In this document: positions 50,456 through 64,000 of the stretch, piece by piece
Position numbering within the stretch: the stretch's first letter is position 1
Layout: every line of letters begins with the position of its first letter
DNA from: Psilocybe cubensis
Lineage: Eukaryota
Direction: 5' to 3'
Length of the DNA: 64,000 nucleotides
NCBI GenBank assembly: GCA_017499595.2
Contig: CM039003.1
Location: 2,046,001-2,110,000 of the forward strand
The notes under the pieces: model-generated
What the model saw: only the letters and a program-made list of their open reading frames with translations
Told to the model about the DNA's origin: nothing
Databases searched by the model: none
Made by a program: the position numbers and the translations under genes

Positions 50456-53400
50456 ATGGACAACAACGCCCCAGACCGAAAAATACAATCGCAACCACCA
50501 CGCCTTTCATCTACTTCCTACGTATATCCTGTAAAATCCCTTTTGGAAGGCCGGATACAGCCAGCACTACCAGAGTCTAGCGTTTCATCCAGACCCAAAT
50601 TCAGCACGTCACAATCCTCCGATGCTATAGTTGATCTTCCAAATGAACACCGCGATCGTTCTGCCAGGATTGGGGCCGAAAAATCAGCTATCTGGGCCAG
50701 AGACGTACACAGGAGTTTTGGGGACCGAACATCTGCTACATCTGACATTGCAGTGGATGAATTCACCGAAGTTGATCAAGCTTTGTTGATGAAGAGGGAC
50801 AAGGACAAAAGTAACCGACCGAGATCTAACAGCACCTCAAGTATACCTTCTCCAGCACGTTCGATCGAGAAAGGAAAGTTGAAAGAGGTTACAACAGCAA
50901 ATGTGGGCCAAGATAAACTTCGCAAAAGTCCGGAAAGATATAGTTACACTCTGCAGGAAGACAGCCCATACTTTCCTCGCACATTCTCCAGTCTGAATAT
51001 TCCAATACAACACACAGATATACAGGATGCATCTGCGTTTGTCAACTTGGAATCTTCTATGATTTCCACCGCTCACGTACTTGGTCATCGAGCACCTGAA
51101 AGACATTCGCCTCGTTCCATAACGACATCTTCGATCAATTCACCTCCTCGTGTCCATCAAAATTGGAATCCAAGAGATATCTCTACGCCAACGGACAAAA
51201 TGTCTTTCAACACGCAAAGGTTCAATGCAGAGGACAATGTCACCGAAGCAGTCTCCACTGATCCTCATCATATTCAGCCAAGTGTATCGGAGGATTCAAT
51301 CTCTCATGAGACTTGTAACTACGATCAATTGGACACGCCAGTCACCTTACATCCAGCCTCAACACGGCCAGAACAAATAGTAAATGACGAGGCGAGCACC
51401 TTGACATTTAATCCTTCTTTATTCGGCATTGTACATTTGCCCCCTCTCCCTTCGTCCAGCTCCCCCAGTGGACGAGGCTCATTCTCGTCCTCGCCTGCAA
51501 AATCAGGTAGTCGAGGATTAGATTTTGGACTTGTGAATAATGCCTTACGAAGCTCAGGTCGATCAGTTAATGGTTCGAACAGCACGCTATCGCACAGCGG
51601 CAAAGAGCCTTCTCATACAATGGAGTCTGCAAATATTTCCAGCAACCCATCCATACAGGATACAGATTTTCATTCTAGCCTCGAAACAAAAAGTACTACT
51701 CACTCAGAAGATCCGCATGTTTCTGTCAGGTTTCGAACTATGCAAGATGAACACGGAAATCATGTAGTGATAGGCAGAGAAGGAAACGTTACTCGATGCG
51801 AAGATGAGGTGAATTTTGTCAATTTCTTTCATGCTTTCTTGTTATTTATCTATTCACATTTTCAGCCCATCCACACACCCGGAGCTGTGCAAGCATTTGG
51901 TGTTCTTATTGCTTTAGATGAGGTAGAAGATACTCTCGTTGTTCGCCAGGTCTCAGAGGTGCAAGATTTTTATTTCAAGCTGGTAATAGTCTCTGTCCGA
52001 ATGTATCTGACTTTTTTTTTTTTCAATGCAGAATTCAACTGAATTGCTTGGGCTACCCCCCAAATTTCTCTTCGACCTGGAATGTTTCACTGATACCTTG
52101 CCGGACACCCAAGCAGGCGTTCTTTGGGATAATATCGATTTTTTAAACGATCCCAGTTTGAGATCGGACGATGATGAATGCAGCCCCCAAGTTTTCCAGC
52201 TCAGGGGCTGGGGAGCGCCAGGATCAGGTCATTCTCAGGAATTCGAGACTGAAGACGGCAAGAGGTTATGGACCTGTTGGTGTGCCATCCATCGTAGTGC
52301 AGCCACTCAATCTTCAGACAAAAGCACTGGGTTGATAGTGATAGAGTTTGAACTTGAGAAAGATGTTCTGAACCCCCTTTATCCTCCTATCTCATTGCCT
52401 CCGTCTTCGGCGAGTGATTCTCCACAACCCAGCTCTCAAACCGGTTCGGAGAGTATCCGGGGCGAACATATGTCTCCCGACCCAGAATCTGATCAATCCA
52501 CTGCAGGTCAACCATCCAGCAAGTATGCGAGCAGTACACCTTCAATGCTATCTACGTACTTGGAATCAGGACGAGACCCGACACTGCCTCAATCGTTGCA
52601 TGGATTAAACGGGGATGACGAATGGATGCCTAGTGCAGAAGACATTATCAGGAGCACAACGAGCCAGTCTCGGCCTTTGCCAGCCCTCGAACGTCTTCGT
52701 CGCATGACCCGTAGTGCTGTGTCGTTTGGCAATTCTGTTCACGGCAATCCCCCGAAAAGAAGACGCGGGACCAAATCCCGAGGCGGATCGTCTGCAGGCG
52801 TGATGGATGTATTTGCCGTCATGTCACAAATTAATGAACAACTCGGAGCCGCGCCTGATCTAAACACCTTCCTAAACGTCGTTGTTGGTGTCATCAAGGA
52901 TCTTACACAATTCCATAGAGTGATGATATACCAATTTGATGAGCTGTGGAATGGTCAGGTTGTTGCGGAATTGGTGGATTGGGCTCAATCTCATGATCTT
53001 TTCCGTGGTTTACATTTCCCTGCCAGCGACATTCCGGCACAGGTGAACGCATTTCCTTTTTTATGGCCTTGCTGAGCGTTAAAACAGAAATGACAGGCTC
53101 GAAAGTTATATGCAATAAGTAAATCTTGGGTGCTACAGGTTTTATCTGAAAGCCAATCTGACATCTTCTGTCATCAGACAAAGTACGTCTATTGTATGAT
53201 TGCGCCCAACATACGGCAAGGATCGTTGCCCGCGACCAAGCTGATATAGACAATCCTCTCGTACGTTTATAAAAATATTATGAACCACATCTACTCATGT
53301 CCAGCTAGGACATGACGCATTGCTACTTACGTGCAATGAGCCCGATCCATATAACGTGTCAGTTCCTTGACTAAAATATTCCTTCTTACGCCGTCTCACA

Positions 53401-56400
53401 CCTCAATGACATGAATGAAGATCTTCAAAACATGGGCGTTCGCGCGTCCATGTCAATAGTACGCAAGCTATATACTATCGTTTTTGACCTACTGATTGTG
53501 TTTTATAAGTCTCTCATGGCATTTGGGCAGTTGTGGGGTTTGGTAACGTGTCATTCGTATGGATCCAGTGGAATGCGAGTATCCTTCCCCGTCCGTCAGA
53601 TGCTTCGTCTTTTAAGCCAGTCAATCTCAAAAAATATTGAACGATTGAGCTATGCCCAACGTCTCCACACAAGAAAACTTGTTGGTTTGATCCAGATATC
53701 TCAAGTTATTGTGGCTTATCTCCTCTGCTTCTATACCAGATCAACACCGTATCTTCTCCTAATCATCCGGTTGGTTCCCTCGTTATGATGTATATTTGAA
53801 CGCCAATGGAAATCCTTCAGACAGGCTATATCGTCAGCAATGCGGATGACCTCCTGGCTCTTTTTGATGCAGATTTTGGAATCTTAGTGATTGGCGAAGG
53901 CGCCAAGCTCCTAGGGCCCAATCAGCATGGGCAGGAAATTTTGATCATGGCGGAATATCTGCGATTGAAACAATTTGAGTATGCCTATTGAACTTATTTT
54001 TTTGTTATTGAACAACCTGATTTATGCCCCATAATCAGGACCATCCAAGCCTCTCAAGCTGTTGTAGCGGATTACCCAGATTTGGAACTAACAACTGGTA
54101 TTTTTTAATTGTCTATTATCGTGACCCACTTGTGAAATATTTGTAATAGGATTCGAAGTTATTGCAGGTCTACTATATGTACCTCTCTCTAGTGGCGGCA
54201 AAGACTTCATCGCTCTTCTCCGAAAGGGCCAACCTCGACAGGTTCACTGGGCCGGAAAACCTTTTAAAGAAGGCGAGGGTGGTAGCACATCTTTGGAACC
54301 AAGGAAATCATTTAAGATTTGGTCTGAAACCATCGCTGGCAGAAGTAAAGCATGGACAGACGACCAACTGGATACAGCGGGAGTGCTGGCTTTGGTATAC
54401 GGAAAGGTTTGTTGATTTGTTTCTTGATAGTAATTTTCCAATTGCAAGCATTCATATCACTAGTTCATTGAAGTTTGGCGTGAAAAAGAGAACGCCGTGA
54501 ATGCAACGAAACTCACAAACTTGTTACTCACCAATGCAAGTCATGAAGGTCTGTTTTATTCTTTCACTTTAACATTGCACTTCTGACTTTGAACACACCA
54601 GTACGAACACCACTCAACCATATTATAAAGTAAGCATGAAATTAAATTTTACCCATCAAAATGTAATCGTTTTATGTAGCTACCTAGAAATGGCCATGAA
54701 TAGTCCTTTGGACAAAGAAACCCACGACAACCTTCAAAAATCTCATGCCGCTTCCAAGGTAAATTTGACACTTGCACTCTGAAGCTTCAGTTAATTAAGT
54801 TTATTCAGAGTTTGCTATTTACTATCAATGATTTACTTGTGCGTTGGTGGACTCGGCAATGTTAAAAGGTCATAGGGCTTACCTTCTTTTTTGTGATAGG
54901 ATCTAACGAGGCTGGAGAGCGGTACTGAGACTTCTTTCAATGAGGCATTTGACCTACGTACTGCAATCCAAGAAGCCACTTTGATTTATCGCAAGGAAGC
55001 AAAACGACGAAACCTTCAATTTATCCTTGATTTAGCGGAAAGCCCAACAATGGTCATTGGTGATATTAAGAAAATACGCACTGTGGTTCAAAACTTAACT
55101 GCAAATGCACGTAAGTTCCTCTTAATCGGGTCCACTTCTGTTGTGCTCAATTTAATTTCAAATAGTAAAATTTACCACGGAGGGTTGTATCACTGTCTCT
55201 TGCAAAACATTTGGTGAACCTGAAGGGCTAAGAAATGTTGATCAAATAGCAGTTGAAATACTAGTATCGGATACAGGTTGTGGTATCTCTGCGAGCAGAT
55301 TGGAAAGCATTTTCCGACAATTCGAACATGTAGAACCGTCCCAGCCTAAATCTAATGGGGATCCTGGGGTCGGTAAGTCGGTTATTTTTCTTTTCTGTGC
55401 ACACTATAATGTTAAAGCGCTTACTCCAGGACTAGGACTCGCGGTAGTCTCCAGAATTGTTGAACAGTTAGGCGGACAACTGCGTGTTGACTCTGAAGCG
55501 GGAATTGGAAGTAAATTCTCCTTCCTCATTCCATTGTCCCTGTCAACGGGGGGTCAATCAATGGCATCCTCGAAATCAGATGGTACATCACGGTCGTCTA
55601 ACTCCCTGAAGATATCGCCTGTGGGGTCGCGTTCTGGCAGCTTGTTCACCGAATCAGCAGGTCGCGATATCGAGTTTATGGTGAATGCTCTCTCTTCAAA
55701 TCATATGACATCTCCTAGAGGAACATCAGCCAATTCGCTTGACGACCGAGAAAACAGCGAACAACTCCAGAGACCTGGGTTGGGACGCCGAAACTCATCC
55801 CAGGTTATTTTTACGCTCTCGGGCCCCCGTTCTCCTTCCCTACTTCCCCCAGCGGGAAATGTCGAATACGATCGAAAAACTGTTGAAGTTATATCGCCAC
55901 TACCTACCCCACGCGGCGACGATACACCCAGTTCAAGCACAACTGATGTGGCCTCCCCACCGTTGCCTCTCCACCATCGCCTCGAACATGTGAGCCTCAA
56001 GGTGTTGATCGTTGAGGTTGGTCCCTTTCAGTCTGTATTGCAATCATTTTTTCAGATCAGCTGCTTGTAGGACAACGATATAAATCGAATTATATTGGCA
56101 AAAAGGCTTTCACTAAGCGGGCATAAAGTCATTAATTCCACTGACGGACGAGAAGGCCTGAACAAAGTTATATCTGATCCAACATTCGACCTTGTTCTTA
56201 TGGACATCCAGTATGTTAACAGATTAAGGTTACCTTCTCGTTGACTGACTCCTATTGTATAGAATGCCAATCATGAACGGATTTGAATCGACAGCTTCTA
56301 TACGTAAATTTGAACAAGAGATCAATCTTGCTCAAACTACTCAATGTCAATCCCAGATTCTCAACGGAAGGATACCTATATTCGCTGTATCAGCTTCCTT

Positions 56401-56584
56401 GCGTGAACAGCAGCGCGAAGAGCTCTTACATCATGGCATGGACGGCTGGATCCTCAAACCAATTGACTTCGCCAGGCTAAACGAAATTCTCAAAGGAATC
56501 ACCGATCCAAATCAGCGTCATAAAGACGTTTACAAACCAGGTTGTAGTTGGGAATCCGGTGGTTGGCTAAAACGACACTCATAG
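50456..56584 (+). CDS. fphA: Fungal phytochrome (PAS-GAF-PHY-HisKA-HATPase-REC hybrid histidine kinase), many exons
   Basis: TRCEDEPIHTPG (bilin-binding Cys), HRVMIYQFD, GLHFPASDIPAQAR, MSPIH, LEPRKSF, NASHEVRTPLN, DTGCGI, GLGL, and receiver FDLVLMDIQMP..ILKP. Confidence 0.96.
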
Positions 56585-57028
56585 GAAATCCAAGGGAGGT
56601 TGAATTTCCGTCAAATCATTGGCATTGATTTTATTTTCTGCGAACATATAAATATATACACACGAACATTTCTAACCACACACTAACCTTGATTGCAATA
56701 TAATCTATGTAGTAGATTGCTTAAGACATTTTCTGATACATTTTAAACACAATTTCCTTCTGTAGACGTTAGGATGTACTTCGTTGGCATGTACTATAGT
56801 TATCGATCGTCAACAAAACTAAACAGATTGTTTTTAAGTTCATACCGTTCGTTCAGGCTGAGCAATAACACGTCAAAGTAGTATTACGAGGTATATAAAT
56901 TACTTTCACTGTACATTGTATCAGCGTCGAATGATATAGAGGCATAAATATTATAAAGAGCGTATAGTGTCCCATCCCGGGTTGCCTTTTGCAGGTGCAT
57001 GTAATTCAAGTTAGATTGAAATCTACAA

Positions 57029-58745
57029 TTAATCGTCCACTTCTTCGTTCAAAGATAACCGCTCAAGACATAGGCGCGCTACAACCTCGCCGTTGATTGG
57101 AATAGCGTTGCCTTGAAAACCATCCACGTATCTGGGAGTGGGTATACCAGGACTAGTGAAGTACCTAAAAAATAGGGGCATTAACAAATGTTGCCGTGGA
57201 AAAAAACCTGCAAATACGAACTGCGAATCCCAGAATCCGTAATGCACCATACCCAGGGCGCGAGTCGTATACTCATAATCATGCGCAAAACCTTCCGGGA
57301 AGAAGAATTCCATGACTGTTGCACGGGGGCTGGGTTTCATCCAGACAAGCGAAGTCAAACCATTTCCATGAACACCCATCATGATCTAGGCAAATATGAG
57401 ATAACATTCAGAATTAATAAAATGCGAATAAAACATACCGTGGTACGAGCAGCAAGTTGAATTTGCTCCAAACGAGACATGTTCTCAGCCTCTACTACAT
57501 TTACCTCGTAGCCGTATGTATCACGAAGTTTGTACAACTCGCTGACAAGTTTGTCGTGGTGCTCTGGAATTAACATACGGCGACCCCACTTCTGACGCGA
57601 GATATAGGTGATCACTGGGTTGCTTGTGGTTCCACCGCCAATCTCAGGGTCCAAACCGGCGAATCCGATGACATTATTTCTGATAGGTTGCCACCAATTC
57701 ATACTCCCAGGCAAGGCAAAAGCAGCCGCAGCTGTACGCTGATATCGCTGATAGTTGTAAGACAGCATGGCAGCAGAACGATCGGCAACCAAGACGCGCT
57801 CAAAGACGAAAGCTTTTCCCAATTCTGCGCGATCGCGCCAGTCGTCTATGAATTCCATAGTTACTGAAGGGAAGGATGCCCGGACGACCCATTGATTCAT
57901 GGAGGCATAATCACGCCAATGGAAGTTGTCAAGGCGGTTGAACAGAATTCGGCGGGCAGGAGGTAGTGCGGTCTTGCCTTCTGCAGTTATAGTGGGGTCG
58001 AGGGATGAATATGCTCTCCAGAAGCCAAACCATAACTCGGCAGACCAATGGTAGTAGTGGGTGATGCTTGAAGGCAGAATTGTCAGACAATCAAGTCACT
58101 TATCAGCGTGTGTATATTTGAGACGCTTACAATTGGGGCGGGTCGTTAACTAGTAACTAGAGAAATCGCACATAAGAGTGTGGAACGAGTTAAGAGATAA
58201 AAATGTACACACAGTTACGCCATCTATTATCTGGGCGTTTGTGCCAAACATCGCTTTGGCCTCCTTTGTGCTGATGATTCGAATCTGCTCCTCCGTGGGT
58301 AGGCGCGATAGCTCGGCTTCCTGTCCTGGCTCAATGAAGATACCTTTGGAGTAAATAAACTGGATGTCCGGAACCGTCACAGGTCTGTCTGAGACTATGT
58401 AAACAGTGCCATTGAGGATATATAGTTTGTCGAAGAGTGTCCAACCTGGAGAGGTAGACAACTTGAGCCTGGGATATAACACGTAAAAGACACTGGCTTA
58501 CCAGGGACATGGGAAACAATGGTGGACTCTGGAGGCAAGGTTGAACCCCAGTTGAGCAAAGACTCTGCTGGCCTTTGTAAATGAGATATGGGGCGCGAGG
58601 TATGGTTCGTTGAATGATCTTGAGGACGCTCTACGAGTACGGTGTTGATGGTTGAGAGGGAGCTTGAACTGGAGAAAAAGACAAACAGGGCGAGGAGAGC
58701 GACAACGATGAGTATCTCCCGGCGAGTAGGCGGTGGTGTGGACAT
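57029..58745 (-). CDS. Type II membrane glycosyltransferase, GT61/DUF563-like, multi-exon
   Basis: N-terminal TM helix, HYYHW, ITYISRQ..RR, EQIQLAARTT and MMGVHGNGLT. Confidence 0.8.
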
Positions 58746-58915
58746 GGCGGTGGTCGTGGACAGGAGACAAGACTGGCGCAACAGTCATTTGCCCGACTTG
58801 GGAACACGCCAAGACTTTGCCTCTTTCAAATTGGCCTTCCGCTATTTTTAGGTGGTCACTGCACAACATCGTTATAAATATATAATGAAGTCTACAATAC
58901 AGATCCCGTAATACA

Positions 58916-61837
58916 TTAGAGCATCCCAGTCCAATCGAATTTTGTGTACTTTTTCTTAAATTCTGCTACCCGCTCATTATTTCGCCGCAAATCAATTCGC
59001 CTGGGCCGACGCCACCGTCGTGCCTCTAACTCAAGGACGTTTCCGATGATCTCACCCGCAAAGTACCTGAAACCATGCTTGGTAAATTTATTTTACGCTG
59101 AAGGAGACGCACTTACCATGGGAATTCTCCACCACCTTTTTCTCCTTCTTCCAAGCCGTCTTCATCTTGAGCGTCTGCTGCCCCTTCAATAACGTGGCCG
59201 TAGCCTTTCTCTCCCTTGTGATCAAACTGCACCATGAAGTAAGGGAGGTTTGGGACCAGCGCGCGCCTGAACCCTCCCGGTCTTGCACTGAAATCGATCA
59301 ATTTTTTGTGCTGTGACCATTCTGCCTCTGAGGCAAGGATCGATTCCTGTTGTGGTTCGTAAATATAGACTTGAAGTATAACGAAGATGAATATACCTTG
59401 AAATAGCCCGGCAGCAAGTCGAATTGCTCCCAAGGAACAGGTACACATTCAATGTATGTGTGTTTTTGCTTTCGTAAGGATAGTACTGTTTCGAAAAAAA
59501 CAACACCTTTATCTTCTTCGGCGTACATGCGCATGAGGCACTTCATAAAATTCTGCAAATACAAATATATCATGCGGTCGGGATGTAGATCAGAAAATAA
59601 GCTTACTCGAGTTTCGTCCCAAACATCATCATCGCCTTCCAACATATTCAGATGATGCTGGATAGGCACTATCAAGCAATGACCATCGACAAGCTCATCT
59701 GTTAGTGTACAAGATAGATATACCCGAGTCCCAGTGGCGATAATAGGGGCTTTAGGCAGAGAATCATCTTCCCCGTAGCAAAAATTGCAGGATGCGAGCA
59801 CCTTTTGAGTGCGTTTATAATCTATATAGTTGAGTGATTGAGACACGGTAAGCCATCGAGGACAAAAAATGTGCCCGTACCATTAATTGCAAATTGACGT
59901 TTCATTCCATCAGACCGCATCTTCTGACGACCGAGTTTTTCTGCATTGTCATCGATGTAATCAAGGTCATTCTGTAGGTATGATTAGGATCACTTGCTGA
60001 CATTATTGGGAAGAGCTCATTACCTCGAATTTGCCGTCTCCCATGACGGCGCGTGCGTATTGCGCATCAAGGTCTTTCTGATCTGACATACCCGCTCCCA
60101 TTCGCTCTTGACGTAGCATTTCTCCTAGCGTCATTGTATCATCGTCGGGATTGATACGCAGCACTTCTCCAGTTTTTCTGTCACGGGTCTCGAACTGAAT
60201 TTTTTAGAATTAGCAAAGGATAGAAAGTGGACAATGAATGGAACTTGCATGTTCTTTTTTCTTTCGATTTCCAGGTGCTAACCTATCATCCTCTTTTCCG
60301 TGACCGACATCGTACATTCTGCCTCTTGCATCAAGAGTTGGAAGAACCTCTACCTTCTTCTTAACACCGCCATCGTCCGTTCCTTGTGCCTTGCGCGCCT
60401 CAACTTCGTATTCTTGTTCAAGTCTAGCAGCATCAGGAGAATCCATGAGCTTGGCGCGTATAACCTTGGCTTGTAATTTATTCAGTGAAGATGGTGACAG
60501 TGGCCTCGACTTTGATCCAGATGCCATTGGTGGTGGAGTCATCACCGTTGGGATTGGTGTGTGTGCCTGAGCCAATGGTGAACTAGCTTGTGAAGGGAGC
60601 CTCAGAGAATCGAGACGGCGATTAGTCGGGGGCCTAGCGACACCTGTGGGCGGGGAAGGTGTAGATGGTACACTATCGGTTACACCACCGGGACGGCGGA
60701 ATGAAGAGCTTCGACTGGAACCGCCACTTCCACCTACATCTGAAAACATCAACCTCTTTTCACCGTCCCTGCTATAGTGGGTTGGCCGCTCTGATGTTCT
60801 ACCGCGAGCTTCAGAGCGTTTACCTTCCCGTTCGTCTAAGATGCGCCGTTCCTGCTTCGCTTCTTCGAATGCCTGCAAAGATCCGAAGCGTTCGATCCCT
60901 AATTGTTCGACTGGCACTCCATCTTCTTCGGCGTTCTCATATACTCGACGAAGGCGCATCATTCTCCACTGGGAACCTGGACCACCTGGAGTAATGGAGG
61001 GCGGGGGCGGGGGCGGTTCATCAAAATCAATGGGTCTACCTTCTTTGATATCTTGGTTAAGTTCTTTATAATGAACTTTGGGCTGCGAATAAACTTGAAT
61101 ATAATAACGTAAAGACATGATAAAAGCTGACTTTATCTGGGTCGGGTCGGTCCGGCCTAGAAGGTTTCTTCTTCTCCGTACCCAGACTCGAAAAGAAGTC
61201 AACTCCACCACCAACTGGTCGCGAGTTACCAGAGAGCTCTCCATAACCATCATCGAGGCTTTCCTCTCCAATTTCCACGGAATAATCTATGCGAGATAAC
61301 TGAGGACGGGCTCCCACAGGCAAGACAGGCGTTGAGGGTTCGGCCATCATCCAATCGTCCCGCTTGAGAGTGGATTCTATTCTGGTGGGATGAGGAAGTG
61401 GTACCGACGAGTTAGTAGCATCTGCAGAGGAGGTCAACTTGAGACTCTCAGAAGTAGGAATATCGGAAGCCAATATCTATGCGCAAAGGAGTATATCAAT
61501 TTGAAAAGTAGCACAAGGTCCCTATTTCATGACTTACGCGCTCCCCTCCCATGTCGATATCCTTTTCAACCCATAGATTGTCGTCACTGGGGTTGTCGTC
61601 GACAATTTCCATTTTACTTTCTCCACTTCTACCTCTTTTATTTTCTCTGTCCCTCTTGTGATGTTTGTGCCTTCGATGACCGCCATCTTCTTCGCCATCA
61701 TCTTCGTGTTTGCGTCTCTTCTTGTGTTTCCTGTCTGAATCGTCCTTGTGTTTCTTATGCTTTTCACGCTTGTCTCGTTTATCGTCCTTGGAGTTATGTT
61801 TGGTTATGTGCTCTTTGCTGGATACCTCAGTGCCCAT
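58916..61837 (-). CDS. cwf19: Spliceosome-associated Cwf19/CWF19L2-like protein (CwfJ C-terminal domains), multi-exon
   Basis: GGPGSQWRMMRLRRVYE, CNFC, GHCLIVPIQHH, HTYIECVPVP, EWSQHKK, GYGHVIE and FDWTGML*. Confidence 0.92.
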
Positions 61838-62037
61838 CTTGCTGATACTGACGGGATGCAGAGCAACAGAAGTAAGTAGTTCTGGTCAGAGTTTTGGCTG
61901 TGCTTGGCGCATCTTCGTCACTTGTCGCTTTTTGCACGTGACCAATAAGGAGCTTACGGACCCCGGACCCGCTGTAAGCTGTCAAAAGTGAATGAGTTTT
62001 ACGCGAAATCTTATCAATCCCGACGTCGACCAACAAA

Positions 62038-64000
62038 ATGGAGGTTCCCGATGCTGCCAATGTTCGTATAATTACCACTCTTGGACACGTTGATCATGGC
62101 AAGACTACACTTATGGACGCCTTGCTCGCCGCGAACAACATCATTTCTCCACGAATGGCGGGTAAGATGAGGTATCTGGACAGTCGAGAAGATGAGCAAG
62201 AACGTGGAATCACTATGGAAAGCAGTGCGGTCTCGCTCAAATTTCAGGTTATGGAAAGGTCTACAGATGGCGGTGCGTACATCTTCGCATAGAAAACTTA
62301 TTATGCTATTGATGGTAAACTGTCCAGGTATAAAACCCCGAACGTACGTGGTCAATATGATTGACACACCCGGACATGTCGACTTTTCCAGTGAAGTATC
62401 TACCGCCTCGAGGTTATGCGATGGAGCACTCGTCTTGGTTGACGTGGTGGAGGGAGTTTGTACGCAAGTCAGTGTGTTCTAGATTATACTTCAATTGGTT
62501 ATGCTGAGCAACCCATTGTTTGTAGACTGTTGCCGTCCTTAGGCAGGCATGGCACGATCGCCTGCGCCCAATCCTTGTAATAAACAAGTTCGATCGGCTC
62601 ATTACAGAGCTGAAGTTGTCGCCTATAGAGGCATACCATCACCTTGCTCGATTAATCGAACAGGTCAACGTCGTTATGGGCAATTTCTTTGCATCCGAGA
62701 GGATGGAAGACGACCAACGGTGGCATGAAGAACGGGAGAGACGCCTGGCGGAGAAGAAGGACGCAATTGCTGACGAAGCCGATGCAACTGTCAACGATAC
62801 TGAAGAATTCCAAGAAAAAGATGATGAAGACATTTATTTCGCCCCGGAGAAAGGCAACGTAATTTTTGCTTCTGCTCTTGATGGATGGGGATTTCGTGTG
62901 GGCAAATTTGCCCAGTTGTATGCTAAGAAGCTAGGCATCAAGGAGGCCAATTTACGTAGAGTCCTATGGGGCGACTTTTTCCTTGACCCAAAAACCAAAC
63001 GAGTTATCAGCTATAAACACCTTCGAGGAAGAGCCCTCAAACCTCTTTTTGTCCAGTTTGTGCTTGACAATATCTGGGCTATCTATGATGCGGTCGTGGT
63101 GAACCCGTTCGTTCAATCCCTTTGTGTCATGAATATCTTTCTAACAGACATATTAGCAATCCAGATAAGGTTGCAAAAATTGTGACTACCCTCGAACTCA
63201 AAATTCCACCTCGCGATCTTAAATCCAAGGATACACGACACTTACTCTCCCTCATTTGCACCCAGTGGCTCTCCCTGTCGACATGCATCATCCAAGCTGC
63301 CATTGACATCGTTCCTACTCCACCAGTAGCTCAAGCCACCAGAATACCCAAAATGCTATATCCTTATCTATACGAGGCCACACTTCAACCCAGAAATAAA
63401 TTGGAAGAAGATCTTTTTACATCAAAATCGGGATCCAAAGCTTGTGTTGTCGCGTATGTCAGCAAAATGTTTGCGGTATCTTCTAAAGATTTGCCAGAGA
63501 ACAAGAAGAAGCCTTTGACTGCGGAAGAAATGAGAGAAAGAGCAAGAGAAGCAAGGGCAGCACGATCAGCGGAAGCAAAGGAGGAACAAAAGCCTACTCC
63601 TCAGGAAAATATTCCTATTTCAGAAGCCAAACAACTGGAGGTGGAAGAAGACTCCAAGAAAACCGATGGCGAGGTCGTACTTGGTTTTGCACGATTGTAC
63701 TCCGGTACAATCCGTGTAGATACTTCTGTATATGCTCTACTTCCAAAGTATAACACAGAGCTGGCGCCGACACATCCCAACAACGTTAGATACCTACTCA
63801 CTGCAAAAGTTGAAAGTTTATATGTTATGATGGGTCGCGAGCTTGTGCCTGTGACCGAGGTACATGCTGGAAATATCTTCGCCATCAAAGGGCTTGAATC
63901 CAAAGTATGGAGAAGCGCCACCTTATGTAGCCCGGACGACGCTGGAATAGTAGATGGACGGGCATCGGAAGACAAGGACTGCTTGATTAATTTAGGGGCA
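62038..64000 (+). CDS. EFL1: EF-2-like ribosome biogenesis GTPase, truncated at the window end
   Basis: [56 protein letters not shown] and [20 protein letters not shown]. Confidence 0.93.

Noticed and set aside
37332-61837. Functional clustering of RNA-processing genes (USB1, IWR1, cwf19)
   Set aside because: Interspersed with unrelated genes; consistent with chance.

Overview
Intron-rich fungal genomic DNA. The gene content and ~50-60 nt GT-AG introns suggest a mushroom-forming basidiomycete (Agaricomycetes); this is inferred, not searched. The window holds about 18 protein-coding genes: a SAM methyltransferase, a Vip1-like RRM protein, a Ser/Pro-rich hypothetical protein, a Cdc11/Nud1-like LRR scaffold, a TALE homeobox factor, a cytochrome P450, a METTL25-like methyltransferase, USB1, UreG, an AGC-like pseudokinase, Iwr1, a histidine acid phosphatase, a BOR1-like transporter, an ABHD12-like hydrolase, a phytochrome, a GT61-like protein, Cwf19 and a truncated EFL1/RIA1. 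Genes are densely packed from 37 to 64 kb. The unusual part is 13.9-29.1 kb. The TALE homeobox gene has only ~130 bp upstream but ~6.7 kb of non-coding DNA downstream. It converges on a 10-exon P450 (22588-29027, 626 aa by manual splicing) that has three giant introns (1677, 994 and 1311 nt) and an atypical heme loop ([15 protein letters not shown]). The P450 ATG lies only 69 bp from the ATG of the divergent METTL25-like gene. No rRNA, tRNA, CRISPR array or intact transposon was found.
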